Shown: positions 18,153 to 30,793, counted from the first letter of the stretch. The stretch: DNA of 64,000 nucleotides from Spirochaetia bacterium (GCA_034520965.1 JAXHMY010000001.1:864001-928000); one strand, 5' to 3'. The notes: generated from the sequence alone by a model not told the origin. Numbers and translations: made by a program.

Positions 18153-18362
18153 GTGTTAGTACAAGGGCTCACGCTCACAGTTATCGGGATGCTGGTAGTA
18201 TTTAGCATACTAATACTGCTTGTATTCACGATGAAACTGCTTTCGGCAGTAGTGTTTCGGTTCTTCCCAGAACCGGAAGTACCCGTTCAAGCTCAGCAGT
18301 CGGCTGGGAATATAGAAATAGCGGTGGCAATCGCTGCCGCGTATGCCAAGAAGAACCAATAG
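18153..18362 (+). CDS. oadG: Na+-translocating oxaloacetate decarboxylase gamma subunit
   Basis: GMLVVF transmembrane segment and AVAIAAA; precedes oadA. Confidence 0.88.
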   Translation: MLVQGLTLTVIGMLVVFSILILLVFTMKLLSAVVFRFFPEPEVPVQAQQSAGNIEIAVAIAAAYAKKNQ

Positions 18363-18367
18363 GGAGT

Positions 18368-20180
18368 GTGTATAAGATGAAGAAGCGTGTCGATTTTATG
18401 GTAACCGCCTTCCGGGACGGCTTCCAGTCCGTCTACGGGGCACGGGTTTTTACCAAAGACTTTTTACCGGCGGTTGAGGCTGCCGTGGATGCTGGAATAG
18501 ACCATTTTGAAGCCGGCGGCGGCGCCAGGTTTCAATCGCTCTATTTCTATGCGAATGAAGATGCTTTCGATATGATGGATCAGTTTCGTCAGGCCGCCGG
18601 CCCGAATGTAAATCTACAGACCTTGGCACGTGGTGTAAACGTGGTAGGACTCGATTCACAGCCGCGGGATATAATTGATTTGCATGCCAAGATGTTTGGC
18701 AAGCATGGAATAACTACTATTCGTAACTTCGATGCCCTGAACGATGTAAACAACCTGACCTATTCAGGCGAGAGAATCGTTGCCCACGGCCTGAAGCACG
18801 AAATTGTTATTACCATGATGGAACTGCCCCCCGGGGTAACCGGTGCTCATACGCCGGAGTTTTACATTGGGGTATTAAAACAGATTCTTGATGCAGGTAT
18901 TCACTTTGACTCTATCTGTTTTAAGGATGCCTCCGGAACATCCGTGCCGAGTAAGGTATACGAAACCATCAAACAGGCCCGCCAAATCCTGGGCGAAGAC
19001 CGGAGAATTGTATTCCACACCCATGAAACTGCCGGAACCAGCGTCCTGGCCTACAAGGCCGCCCTGGATGCGGGAGTAGACCAGATAGACCTGTCGATGG
19101 CCCCCTGTTCGGGTGGAACCGCACAGCCCGATGTGGTTACCATGTGGCACGCCCTGCGGGGCACCGAATACGACCTGGGAGTAGATATAACCAAGTTGGA
19201 AAAGGCCGAGGAAGTCTTCAAAGACTGCATGAAAGACTACTTTATGCCGCCTGAAGCCAAAGTCGGTCGAGCCCTTCATCCCCTTCTCACCGATGCCCGG
19301 CGGGGCCCTGACTGCCAACACTCAGATGATGCGCGACAACGGTATTCTTGACAGGTACCATGAAGTTGCAAATGCAATGGGAGAGGTTATTCGACGCGGT
19401 GGATACGGTACATCTGTTACCCCGGTCAGCCAGTTCTACTTTCAGCAGGCCTTCAACAATGTAATGATAGGCCCCTGGAAAAAGATTGCCGACGGTTATG
19501 GAAAAATGGTACTCGGTTATTTTGGAAAAACCCCGGTAGAACCGGACCCGGAAATTGTGAAACTGGCCTCCGAACAGCTCGAACGGGAGCCGACTACCGA
19601 AATGGTTGTTGATATCAATGACCGTGACGAGACCAAGGGGATCGAGGCTGCGCGCAAGATGCTGAAGAAGGACAAGCTGGAAGAGACCGACGAGAACCTC
19701 TTCATTGCGGCCACCTGTAAGGAAAAGGGAATCCAATTCCTGAAGGGCGAGGCCCGCAGCAATGTCCGCAAAATCGACCGCAGCAAGCCTGCTGAAGAAG
19801 AGGGAACCGCTGCCGGTGCTTCCGCCTATACTGTCAAAGTCAACGACAAGCCATATAATGTGAAGTTTGAGGATGGAAAGGCCATCGTCAACGGCGCTAG
19901 CTACACCGTCGATGTACAGGCCGCCGACGACAAAGCAAGCGGCACTCCCTCCGGCGGAAGCGGTGAGACTCACAAGGTCAACGCCCCAATGCCCGGACTG
20001 GTACTGCGCCTTGAGAAAAACGTTGGCGATACTGTTCAGGAAGGTGATTTGATTATGGTGCTTGAAGCGATGAAGATGGAGAACGAAATCCATGCACCTG
20101 CCGCCGGTACGATTAGAGAGATCAGTGTAAAACAGGGTGATCAGCTGAAGGCCGGCGAACTTCTAGCGGTTATTTCGTAA
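18368..20180 (+). CDS. oadA: Oxaloacetate decarboxylase alpha subunit (carboxyltransferase plus biotinyl domain), frameshift near 19265
   Basis: FRDGFQS, FKDASG, HTH metal site, MPGG, VTPVSQ and EAMKM biotin motif. Confidence 0.9.
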
Positions 20181-20190
20181 GGGGTCGTCT

Positions 20191-21348
20191 ATGAGTTTAG
20201 GTGAAGCATTACATAATTTTTGGTTGTCTACCGGCTTGGTGAATTTTGAGCTGGGTCAGGCAATAATGATCATCGTCGGACTGGTTCTGATCTATTTGGC
20301 AATCGTCAAAAAGTTCGAGCCCCTCCTGCTGCTGCCGATTGGTTTCGGCGGTATTCTGGCAAATATACCCTTGGCGGGTATTGCCGGAGCGGAAGGTTTT
20401 ATCGGCATGATCTACGCTGTTGGAATCGGCACCGGTGTATTTCCGCTGCTGATCTTTATGGGCGTTGGAGCAATGACCGACTTTGGTCCGCTTATTGCCA
20501 ACCCCAAGACTGCCCTGCTGGGGGCGGCGGCACAGTTTGGTATTTTTACCACTCTGTTGGGCTCACTTGCACTCGCAGGATTGCCGGGATTCAATTTCAG
20601 CCTGGCCGATGCGGCTGCAATTGGAATTATCGGTGGAGCCGACGGTCCGACTTCGATCTTTGTGGCCAGTCAGCTCTCGCCGCGGTTGCTGGGAGCTATT
20701 GCCGTGGCGGCCTACTCCTATATGGCGCTGGTGCCGATTATCCAGCCGCCGGTTATGCGCCTCTTCACTACCAAAGCAGAGCGTATGATTAAAATGGAGC
20801 AGTTGCGCCACGTAACCAAAACCGAAAAGATTCTCTTTCCCCTGGCGGTTCTTCTTCTGGCTATACTCCTGCTGCCCTCCGCCACTCCGTTAATTGGAAG
20901 CCTGATGTTTGGTAACCTGGTAAAAGAGTGCGGCGTAACCGAGCGACTGTCTCAGGCGGCCCAGCACGAGATGATGAACATAGTAACCATCTTTCTGGGT
21001 CTTTCCGTGGGTTCCAAGCTGCAGGCCGACAAGTTTCTGAATGTAGAGACCCTTGGTATTCTGATACTCGGTCTGGCTGCGTTCGTAGTGGGAACAGCCA
21101 CCGGCCTTCTACTGGCCAAACTGATGAACAAGCTCTCCAGCAAACACCCGATCAATCCGCTTATCGGTGCGGCTGGTGTTTCGGCGGTTCCGATGGCAGC
21201 GCGTGTTGCCAGCAAGGTAGGAAAAGAAGAGAATCCGCAGAACTACCTGCTAATGCATGCAATGGGCCCGAATGTGGCCGGAGTTATCGGCTCGGCTATT
21301 GCCGCCGGCGTTCTACTGTCTATCGTTCCAATAATGATGGGCGGTTGA
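20191..21348 (+). CDS. oadB: Na+-translocating decarboxylase beta subunit
   Basis: [29 protein letters not shown] and [13 protein letters not shown] motifs. Confidence 0.96.
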   Translation: MSLGEALHNFWLSTGLVNFELGQAIMIIVGLVLIYLAIVKKFEPLLLLPIGFGGILANIPLAGIAGAEGFIGMIYAVGIGTGVFPLLIFMGVGAMTDFGPLIANPKTALLGAAAQFGIFTTLLGSLALAGLPGFNFSLADAAAIGIIGGADGPTSIFVASQLSPRLLGAIAVAAYSYMALVPIIQPPVMRLFTTKAERMIKMEQLRHVTKTEKILFPLAVLLLAILLLPSATPLIGSLMFGNLVKECGVTERLSQAAQHEMMNIVTIFLGLSVGSKLQADKFLNVETLGILILGLAAFVVGTATGLLLAKLMNKLSSKHPINPLIGAAGVSAVPMAARVASKVGKEENPQNYLLMHAMGPNVAGVIGSAIAAGVLLSIVPIMMGG

Positions 21349-21385
21349 TCAATCTGCCACTAGCCTACATTCGCTACTATAATAC

Positions 21386-21423
21386 AAAAAAAGAGCTGCC
21401 TTTATTTGGGCAGCTCTTTTTTT
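21386..21423 (+). terminator. Rho-independent terminator after oadB
   Basis: AAAAAAAGAGCTGCC-loop-GGCAGCTCTTTTTTT. Confidence 0.85.
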
Positions 21424-21511
21424 ATGGTAACATTGCCTTTTCTCTCCGAAATATGTACTTTTTTACTGAAACTGATGACTAATTCAGTAGAATAATCCTG
21501 AGGAGAACTTT

Positions 21512-22595
21512 ATGCCCTATAAAATAGCTTTTTTTGATGCAAAGCCTTATGATCAAAAGTTTTTTGACGCAGCGGTCGGGGCCGCAGGGGCCGGCAGCTC
21601 CGCCGGGAGTTCCAGTTCAGCGGAATTCGAATTAAAGTACTTCAACACCCGGCTTAACGCCGACAGTGTTTCTTTAGCTAAGGGCTTCGACAGCGTCTGC
21701 GCCTTTGTCAACGACGATCTCTCGGCGGATGTCATTAGACAACTTAAAGAGATGGGGATCGAAATCGTCGCCCTTCGCAGCGCCGGTTACAATAACGTGG
21801 ACCTCGAAGCGGCTTACGGCAACGTACATATGCTGCGAGTACCAGCCTACTCCCCATATTCGGTGGCCGAACACGCCGTGGCAATGATGCTGTCCCTCAA
21901 CCGGAAGACCCACCGTGCCTATTATCGGACCCGGGACAACAACTTTTCCATAAACGGCTTTCTGGGTTTCGACATGCACGGCAAAACCGTCGGCATAATC
22001 GGTACCGGTCGCATCGGTCTGACCCTTGTAGGGATCTTGCGGGGCTTCGGTATGAAGGTTATTGCCTACGACGCCCCGCCCCAAACCCGGAGTCGAGGAG
22101 CAGTACGGTTTCAGTTATGTGAGTCTGGACGAACTCTACACCCGCTCCGATATTATATCACTACACTGTCCGCTGACCCCCGACACCCATCACATAGTAA
22201 ATGCCGAGTCGATCAAGAAGATGAAAGGCGAGGCAATGATTATCAACACCAGCCGCGGGGCATTAGTAGACACCGGGGCCTTGCTGGATGCTCTGCGAGA
22301 ACAGCGTGTCGGCAGTGCCGGGCTTGATGTGTATGAAGAAGAGGATGATTACTTTTTTGAAGACCTTTCCAACGAGACTATTGAAGACGATAAGCTGGCC
22401 CGTTTGCTCACATACCCGAATGTATTAGTTACCAGCCACCAGGCTTTTTTTACCAAAGAGGCACTTACAAACATTGCGGCTACCACCCTCGATAACTTAC
22501 GGGCCTACTTCAAGGGCGAAGCCCTGGAGAACGAGGTGTGCTACCGATGCAACCAACCGGAGTGCCGTAAAGAACACAACGGCCGCTGTTTCTAA
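21512..22595 (+). CDS. ldhA: D-lactate dehydrogenase (LdhA-like), frameshift near 22075
   Basis: LRSAGYNNVD, VPAYSPYSVAEH and GTGRIG in the first ORF; NTSRG, LDVYEEE and SHQAFFT in the second. Confidence 0.88.
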
Positions 22596-23599
22596 GAGCC
22601 CTCCACGGTGGCTTTATAGCGCTTCAGTAAATCATCGAGCTTGGAGTTCAGATCCTCATTTATGATATCCTCATCAGGATGCTCTTTTAAGCGATGTAGG
22701 GAAGCTTCGATGCCCAGGTGAAACGGAGTGGTGCACCTGAATGCGGGCACCAGCCGTTTTATCTTTGTGTTGTCGAATAAAGCGGTGTGAATCTTGTCGC
22801 CCTTCAAGGGCCCGGTAAACTCCGGGTAACGGTCGCAAATGTAATCGGCGGACATGTGCACAATCTGTGCCGGCCGCCCCAGTTTCATCCCGAGGATGTG
22901 ATGTACCTGGTCCCAGGTAAGCGCCTCGTCGGAGGTAATGTGAAAGGCCTCGCCAAGCGCTGCCGGATTGCCTAACAAGCCTACAAAACCCTTTGCAAAA
23001 TCGCTGTTATGGGTCAGCGTCCAGCGGCTGGTTCCGTCACCCGGCACTATGATAGGTTTTCCATTCAAAATACGATCAACTATAGTGGGGCCGCGATCGA
23101 AGATAGAGGGAATCATTTTCTCGCCATAGGTGTGGGAGGGCCGCACAATGGTAACCGGAAATCCTGACTCCCGCCACGCTTTGGTCAAACGCTCTTCACA
23201 GGCTATTTTGTCGCGGGAATACTGCCAAAAGGGGTTGCCCAGAAGGGTCCCCTCGGTTACATAGGTGCCGGCCGGCGGTTTTGCATAAGCAGAGGCGGAG
23301 CTGATATATACATACTGTGCCACCTTACCGGAAAAAAGATCGATATCCTGAGCCACATGCTCTTCGGTAAAGGCCACCCAGTTAATTACTACATCAAAGC
23401 GATATCCGGCCAGGGCTTTCACCGTCCCCGAGCGGTCACGTATATCTCCTTTGAGCGGGGTCACCCCCTTCGGAAGCTCTTCATTGTGACTGCCGCGGTT
23501 GTACACATATACATCGACTCCACGACTCACCGCCTCTCTGATACAGGCACTGGAAATAGTTCCGGTTCCACCAATAAAAAGTACTTTCATATGACTCAC
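22592..23599 (-). CDS. NAD-dependent epimerase/dehydratase (extended SDR)
   Basis: GGTGTIS, YISSASAY, YSRDK and RPSHTY motifs. Confidence 0.88.
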   Translation of the reverse strand: MSHMKVLFIGGTGTISSACIREAVSRGVDVYVYNRGSHNEELPKGVTPLKGDIRDRSGTVKALAGYRFDVVINWVAFTEEHVAQDIDLFSGKVAQYVYISSASAYAKPPAGTYVTEGTLLGNPFWQYSRDKIACEERLTKAWRESGFPVTIVRPSHTYGEKMIPSIFDRGPTIVDRILNGKPIIVPGDGTSRWTLTHNSDFAKGFVGLLGNPAALGEAFHITSDEALTWDQVHHILGMKLGRPAQIVHMSADYICDRYPEFTGPLKGDKIHTALFDNTKIKRLVPAFRCTTPFHLGIEASLHRLKEHPDEDIINEDLNSKLDDLLKRYKATVEGS

Positions 23600-23666
23600 C
23601 CCTCTAAGACCTTTTTTTTAATCTTACCACGTCTGCGGGTATACTCAAACCGTAGAATTGCTCGTT

Positions 23667-25493
23667 TTATTTCGACTTCATCAACTGTTTTCGATGATAC
23701 ATGCGCTCATCCGCCATGCGTATCAATTCTCGAGGAATCGACTCTACGTCTAACTCCGAGTGGTCGTTCAATTCGCTCAATTCAGAAAACCCTACACTGG
23801 CGGAGACGGGGTAGGTCTCCCCGCCCTCTTCGATTCCCCCTGCAAAGGCTTCTTCGATTTTTGTCCATATTGTTTCAGCACGTGTACGGGTGCAGCCCGG
23901 GAGTATGATTAAAAACTCATCGCCCCCTAAACGTGCCAGTGAATCTGATTCACGAATATGCTGTTTAATTCCGTTTGAAACGGCCTTGATAAGAGTGTCG
24001 CCGACCGCATGACCAAAAGTGTCGTTTACCACCTTAAGCCCATTTACATCGACAAAACCCACCGTAACATTGCTTCCATTAGAAGCACTTTGTGCTATAG
24101 CGCGGTTAAGCACCTCGAGGCCGGATCTTCTCCATCGAGTATTCGTAGAGCCCATCAACCCGGGCCCGATGATTCACTGCTTCCTGCCGTACTTTCTGTT
24201 CGGTTATGTCATCTTTAAACGCAACATAGCTAATCGTATTACCTTGCCGATCTTTCACCGGCGATATGAGTTCCGACTCCCAGTACAGACTGCCGTCTTT
24301 GCGGGAATTGTAAATTTCACCCTTCCACTTTTTCCCGGAGCTAATGGTATTCCACAGGCGGCTATAAAAATCTTTGTCATGATGTCCGGATTTGAGGAGC
24401 GCCGGTGTTCTCCCTATCGCCTCGCTGCTCGAATACCCGGTAAGCCTTTCAAAACTGGGGTTTACATACTCGATCCGCCCTTGGGTATTCGTCATTACTA
24501 CAGTTTCAGGGGACTGTTCTACCGCGGCATACAACTTTCTTAAATCCGTCTTTAGGCTGCTTCGAGTATAGTAGGTAAAAAACAGGGCAGTTGCCGTCAG
24601 AACTATAAGCAGTAAAAAGACAGAAGATTTAATGAAAAACCATCTCTGCTGGGGATACAGAAAAGCGTCCGTTTTAGGATCGGTAATTGATACCAATTTC
24701 CAGCCCATAACTGAAAGGGGCTGCATATACACATTAGAATCTTCCGGCACAATTCCTTCCGAGGAGAGCTGCAAGCCCTCATACTGCCTAGTCTGAGATA
24801 GACGTTCGAGCAGCATTTCTGAGAGGGGATACACCCCTGAGTAAAGCCATTCTTCCCGATTGGTAGCTATTACTACATCGTTTTTGGTAACCAACGCAAA
24901 GGGCAGATTCTGCGCCTGAAGGGTTCGACTTAGCAATAGGCGGGATCCGCCTTTAAGACCAGCACTCCAACTATACCTGTTCCAGAATGAACGGGAGCAC
25001 TAAAATACACCCCTATCTGTCCCGTGGTAACTCCAGAGGCAAAGCCGACATAAGGCGTGCCCTGCATCGCTTCTGTGAAGTAAGGTCGAAACTCATAACT
25101 CTCTCCCACCATCTGGGAAGCTAATTGTCCTGTCCCGATTGAAGCGCGGCAGATGCCGTTGGTGTCAAGCACATACGCAATTTCCGCCTTGGTACTCTTC
25201 TGCGCAATATCCAAAATTTGATTTACAGTAACCATATCACTGGTAAAGGCCTCTGCTATAAACTGCGAATCTGCTAAGCCGGCAAGAAAATCGCTGTATC
25301 TTGTGAAGAACCCCACCTCTAAATCTCGTACGATACTGATTGTTTCGGAACGCTGCCGCTGCACAAGGTTTTCTTGTTTTACTCGATTTATTCCGTTTAT
25401 CTGTAACAGAAGAGACACTGCACCTGCACAGACAAGCAGCAGTGTACCTATAAATAAAGTTCGATGGTTCTTTTTCATTTTTTTAAATTTCAT
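23667..25493 (-). CDS. Cache-PAS-GGDEF diguanylate cyclase, split by frameshifts near 24935 and 24150
   Basis: FRPYF Cache motif; PAS (YVNPSFERLTGY...W); DVNGLKVVND and RLGGDEF. Confidence 0.85.
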
Positions 25494-27629
25494 ATTAGTA
25501 GCTCTATCTCCTCTATAAGCTTTTGTTCCTTGAAGGGTTTGGAGACAAACCCGTCCATTCCAGCTTCACTACACTTGCGACGGTTCTCATCGTCTGCATA
25601 CGCCGTGAGGGCAATTATTTTGCTGTGTGCCCGCTGCTCTGATTCTTCTAACAGACGCACTCTCCGGCACACATCCAAACCGCTGAGTTTAGGCATACTC
25701 ACATCCATCAGTACCAGATCGAAGTATTCTGCCTGCAAAAGCTTCCACGCCTGCTCACCATCTGCGGCCGGAGTAGTGCTCCACCCCTTGCTGCGCAAAA
25801 ACTGCTCCAGATACAAGCGGTTAATACCTTCATCCTCGGCAACGAGAATTTTCAGCTTCCGGTCTAATACCGTACGGTTTTTTACAGAAGACTCTTCATG
25901 TGCAACAGGTAGTGGAGAGGTCTTCTCCACGGCCTCAACCGGAAGGGTTACAGTAAAGGTGGTCCCCCGCCCAACTTGACTCTCAAGCTCGATATTCCCA
26001 TGCAGTAGACTAACTATAGATTTTACGATGGATAAGCCCAGGCCTAGGCCCGACTCAAGATTACCAAGCACTGAATGCATATTCCCATCCACTTGCGTAA
26101 ATGGAGTAAAGACAAGTTCCCGTTTATCTTCAGGTATCCCGCTTCCGGTGTCTTCTACCACAATATACAGTAGCGAGTCGCGAACGGCTAAGCGCACTTC
26201 AACCCATCCGTCAGAGGTGTTTTTAATTCCATTTTCGGACAGATTCAGCACTATCTGTACCAGCCGCTCCCTGTCCGCACGCAGCAGTACCTGATTATCG
26301 ATAATCTCAAACCGAAAGTCCAGTCCCTTATCGGCTGCCGATGTACGCAGGAGCGGTTCTATCCAACTGCCAATTTGTTGCAGGTAAAATTCAGTCGGGT
26401 ACAGCGAAAAACTTCCGGATTCCAGACGGTTTACATCAATTAAATCTGATAACACCCGATGCAGCTGGTTAGAAGAACTGTAGAGCATTTCGAGCATCTT
26501 CTCCTGCTCCGTATCCAGCGGGGTAGTATCCAGGAGTCGAGTCATCCCGATAATACCGTGGAGAGGAGTTCGCAGCTCGTGGCTCACACCGGCTAAAAAC
26601 CGGTCTTTTGCCTCATTTGCACGAGTTAAATTTTCAAGGGCACTGCTCAATTCGGCAGTTTTTTGGTTTACCCGGCGGCGCAAAGAATAGGTCCAGAAAA
26701 AGAACCCCGTAAGTAAAAGCGAAAACAGTAAAAATATTCCCAAAACAACCCTTAGCCAGGGACTTGAGAGCAGGGAGAGAGTGGAAAAGCCCTGGTACAG
26801 TATAGACCCCGAACCAGCGCTCGAATATCTGGTCGTACTCCCCTGAGCTTTTTAGCAAAGATAGGCCTTCATTCATGGTTGCCAGCAACGCGGCATTACC
26901 CTCCTGAACCGCAATACTATACTTCTGCTGAAACAGAGGCTGGGTAATTAGCCGTACACCCCGAATTTCCTGCTGCTGCAGTTGCCGCACCCCCTGCAAC
27001 ATTGAAAGCACCGCACAGTCGGCACGTCCCGATTCCAAGGCCGGCAACAGAGCTTCCCAACTGTCAACTGTGAGAATCTCAGCTCCTATTTCCTGATTAA
27101 GCAGATAATCGTGTCCCACATCCTGCGCCTGCACAAGTATGCGCTTACCTTGAATATCTTCAATAGAAGCAATGGGGGATCCTTCACGCACAAACACTCC
27201 GTAGGACGAGATAAAATGGGGAATTGTAAAGTCCGCCACCTTGTCCCGTTCGGCGGTTTTATACATACCGGCCAGTAAATCTATTTCACCCTGCTCAAGC
27301 TCTTGCCGAACAGTCTCCCATGGCCCCAGGCTTATCTCGATATCCAAATTCATAAGCTCGGCAATACGTCGTAAAATCTCTATATTAAAACCATCCGGCT
27401 CGCCTTGCTCATTGACAAACTCAAAGGGTGGATACCCCCAATCGCCACGGGCCCGCAGGGTTGTTTCTGAGCCGGAACCCAGCTTTTGCGTCTCCAATAA
27501 GGGAACAAATGCGTCCGGTTGCGGTTTCTGCCGAGTGAGCGGCAGCAGAAGCAACAGAGCCGACAACGAAATTACGGCCAGTAGGACCGATAGAAGTACA
27601 CGAGAAGGCTTCACAAATATTCTCTCCAT
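25490..27629 (-). CDS. Hybrid sensor histidine kinase with periplasmic amino-acid-binding domain, frameshift near 26745
   Basis: YPPFEF binding domain; SHELRTPLHG, ENGIK, DTGSGI and GLGLGL; receiver domain AEDE...MDVSMP...KP. Confidence 0.88.
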
Positions 27630-27700
27630 AGCTGCAGATCTTTACTAAATCTTAAAACAATCTGGTCTAAAACGCCATAGGGGTATAGTAAGGATTTATG

Positions 27701-27740
27701 AAAGAAAAAGCCGCCGCTTCGGTGTCCCGAAACGGCGGCT
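27701..27740 (-). terminator. Rho-independent terminator after PEPCK
   Basis: AGCCGCCG...CGGCGGCT stem followed by a T-tract on the minus strand. Confidence 0.75.
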
Positions 27741-27760
27741 ATAATGTATAGAAAAGGGTT

Positions 27761-29665
27761 TTAGCCTTTGAAGTCTCCCGGTTTAATTACGTTTCCGTAT
27801 TTTGCCTGGGCGGCTTTGATTTTTTCGATGGCAGCGTCCCATTTTGCAATAAGGGATTTGGGTGTATCAGTGTCCATCTTGTGGTAGAACTCTTTGGTTC
27901 TTTCAAGTTTCTCGATCCACTTGTCACAGCGGAAGCTGAACTGATGTGTATAGGTAGCTTTGTCGTATTCGGCCTTCATGTACTTCTTGTACAGCTTGGA
28001 GATATCTTCGTAGGTCGGAATTATTCCGGTGGGAGTTTCGTAGCCGCCGAGCTCGCCATGTACCCGTTTCTCTGCCCAGTGGAGCCATACCTTTTTGGCA
28101 GTTTTTGGGTTGATGAACTTGCCGTCCTCGCCCTTCAGGAAGTAGTTGGTAGAATAGACCTTAGGAACATCTTTCATGCCCTTCACAAAGTCAATGTTGT
28201 TCATGGTGTACTCACCCAGGGGGTAGGAGACGAAGTCAAGGTTAGCCATGGGGCTGGCCTTTCGGACACCCTCGGCACCCAGGGTTGCTGAAGTGGTTTC
28301 AGACTCGAGGGTTGAGGCCTTTAGTACAATACCCTCTTCCCAGTTGTGGGATTCTTCGACCGGAACAGTGGTGTCGCTGTCGCGTCCGCCGTACAGCACG
28401 CCCTGCACCTGTACACCCTTCTTATCCTCAAAGCCGTCTTTGTCAAAATTATCCAGGTAGTCGAGGCGCATGGTGTAGCGGGAGTTACTGTGGGCAATGC
28501 CTATTTCCTGTCCTTTGGAGTCTTTCTTGCCTTCGTACCAACCGGGTCCGGAGTGGTTGTCACCCTCTTTGGGGGTATCCATGCCCATGGCGATCCAGTA
28601 GGGGTTGTTGTCGGGCCCGCGGAGCACGTTGGAGAAAATAAGCTCCTGAGGTATTAACAGGTTCTTGAAAATAAGCGGATCATCTTCGGCGTTTACCTCT
28701 TTGATAATACCGAAAATGCCCTGCTCGACGTTTACCGCACGAAACTGTCCGTCGATGTTGCGGAAATAGGCAATGTCGTCGCCGACAACCTCTTCTCCCG
28801 GGATCATGGCAGTTGAAGTTTTACCGCATGCGGAGGGGAACGCGCCGGCGAAATAGGTTTTACGGTCTACATCGTTGTCGGCAGCGGCCATCAGAAACAT
28901 GTGCTCACAGAGCCAGCCTTCCTGACCCGACTGGTTAATTGCCAGACGCATGGAGTGCTTTTTCAGTCCCACGGAGTTACCGGCGTACTGGGCGTTCATG
29001 GAATATACAATATTGTTCTGAGTATCCATATAAATACGGCGCTTATCCAGGTTTACCGAACAACCGCGTTCGTCAAGCTGACCGGCGGAGTGGATAAAGC
29101 GGTAAATATCATCTTTCTCTACCTGAGTCTTCATTTCTTTGAAGTGCTCATACGCATTGCGGTAGAGGATCTGCTCGGAGTGGAGTACGTACCAGGAATC
29201 GGTAAACTGAATACAGGGGCGGGTAAATTCGGAGAAGGTAGGGCCTTCTGCGAAGAACTTTACTACCGCGTCTTTGCCGTCCATAATGTTCTTTGCAATA
29301 CCCTGGATCTCGGCCAGTCCTTCTTCATACTCAACACTGTTGAGCGACTTCATCCGTTCCAGGTTTTCCTTGTATACCATGAACTTGGTATTCACCTTAT
29401 CACGGGCCTGGTCTCCGTATCCATCCCAGTGGATAGTTTGCCCGTCTTTTGCCAGCTTGTGCTCTTCGCCCTTTTCAATAGCCATCTTACGTACATAGTT
29501 TTCGTCGGCTTCACTGTCGTCGCATACATAGATGGATGCGGGGTTACAATGCTGAGCGAAATACCCTACGTGGTCGTAGACCTTCTGGTTTTCGAGTGCC
29601 ATGAGCTTTTTGTAGCTCTCTTCACTCATCTTAGATTTTAAGACATCATCGTATTTCAGGTCCAT
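27761..29665 (-). CDS. pckG: Phosphoenolpyruvate carboxykinase (GTP)
   Basis: YAGNSVGLKK, GWLCEHM, FPSACGKTSTAM, VGDDIA and NSRY motifs. Confidence 0.95.
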   Translation of the reverse strand: MDLKYDDVLKSKMSEESYKKLMALENQKVYDHVGYFAQHCNPASIYVCDDSEADENYVRKMAIEKGEEHKLAKDGQTIHWDGYGDQARDKVNTKFMVYKENLERMKSLNSVEYEEGLAEIQGIAKNIMDGKDAVVKFFAEGPTFSEFTRPCIQFTDSWYVLHSEQILYRNAYEHFKEMKTQVEKDDIYRFIHSAGQLDERGCSVNLDKRRIYMDTQNNIVYSMNAQYAGNSVGLKKHSMRLAINQSGQEGWLCEHMFLMAAADNDVDRKTYFAGAFPSACGKTSTAMIPGEEVVGDDIAYFRNIDGQFRAVNVEQGIFGIIKEVNAEDDPLIFKNLLIPQELIFSNVLRGPDNNPYWIAMGMDTPKEGDNHSGPGWYEGKKDSKGQEIGIAHSNSRYTMRLDYLDNFDKDGFEDKKGVQVQGVLYGGRDSDTTVPVEESHNWEEGIVLKASTLESETTSATLGAEGVRKASPMANLDFVSYPLGEYTMNNIDFVKGMKDVPKVYSTNYFLKGEDGKFINPKTAKKVWLHWAEKRVHGELGGYETPTGIIPTYEDISKLYKKYMKAEYDKATYTHQFSFRCDKWIEKLERTKEFYHKMDTDTPKSLIAKWDAAIEKIKAAQAKYGNVIKPGDFKG

Positions 29666-29804
29666 ACACCTCTCCTTATTATTTTATCGATGTTCAAATA
29701 TTGGTTTGGGACTATCTTATCTTCTATGAAGCTTTTATTGCAACACCTTGCAGCCTCTTATAAGGCTATTGACTAGCAAAAATTTCAGTTTTAAGCTGTT
29801 TGTT

Positions 29805-30746
29805 ATGAATATTGCAGTGTGGCTTGAAAGCCCGTATTCCAGTTGCTGGACTATTACACCGACACAAATTGAATATATGAAAAGCCGTATTCCCGGTGCA
29901 CAGGTGCAGTATGCCCGCTCGCCGGAGGAATTTGTCGAGCTTTTACCGAAGGCAGAAACCGCAGTCAGCTGGTTTTTCGAACAGAAGTGGCTCGATCGCG
30001 CCCCGCTGCTGCGCTACCTGGTCACGCCGGCCGCCGGTTTCGACTACTTTTCGGTTGAGCTGCCGCCGCAGGTACAGCTGAAAAACTCCCGCTTTCAGGG
30101 AAAAATTATCAGTGAATCGGTGATGGGAATGCTGCTGTCCCAGAGCCGGCGTATCGCCGAAAGTACCGAACGAATGCGTCGCGAAGAGTGGCCGCGAGTA
30201 GAAATTACCAACCGCATGCGGCGGCTGAGCGGCTCGCACGTGGTAATTCTGGGTTTTGGTAATATCGGACACTGGATAGCCCGCCGGGCAAAGCTGTTTG
30301 GTTGCAAGCTTACCGGTATTAAACGAAACAGCGATACGCCCGCCCCCGATTTTTTCACTCATGAAGACCGGATCGAACCGGTTGCCCGCTTAGAGAGCAT
30401 TCTGTCCACCGCCGACCACCTGGTACTTGCCCTGCCCCGCAGCCCGCAGACCGACCACATAATCGGCCGCCGTGAACTGAAGAAGCTGCCGAGAGGGGCG
30501 GCACTGTATAATGTCGGACGGGGGAATGCTATTGACGAGGCAGCTCTGGCCGATGCACTGGGCGCAGGCTGGATAGATGCGGCCTACTTAGATGTGTTTG
30601 AAACGGAGCCCCTGCCCCAAAGCTCGCCCCTGCGCCGGTTTTCCAATTGCTACTTAATGCCCCACTCCAGCGCCGCAGCTCCTGACTACTTGGACCTGTT
30701 TATCGACGAGTTCTCGGCGCGCTACCGGCGCTGGCACGCCGGTTAA
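29805..30746 (+). CDS. D-2-hydroxyacid dehydrogenase
   Basis: GFGNIG, NVGRG, LDVFETEPL and MPHSS motifs. Confidence 0.88.
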   Translation: MNIAVWLESPYSSCWTITPTQIEYMKSRIPGAQVQYARSPEEFVELLPKAETAVSWFFEQKWLDRAPLLRYLVTPAAGFDYFSVELPPQVQLKNSRFQGKIISESVMGMLLSQSRRIAESTERMRREEWPRVEITNRMRRLSGSHVVILGFGNIGHWIARRAKLFGCKLTGIKRNSDTPAPDFFTHEDRIEPVARLESILSTADHLVLALPRSPQTDHIIGRRELKKLPRGAALYNVGRGNAIDEAALADALGAGWIDAAYLDVFETEPLPQSSPLRRFSNCYLMPHSSAAAPDYLDLFIDEFSARYRRWHAG

Positions 30747-30793
30747 TATAGGGCTTTGCCCGGAGGGCTTTTACACTGGGCCAGTGATAAAAT

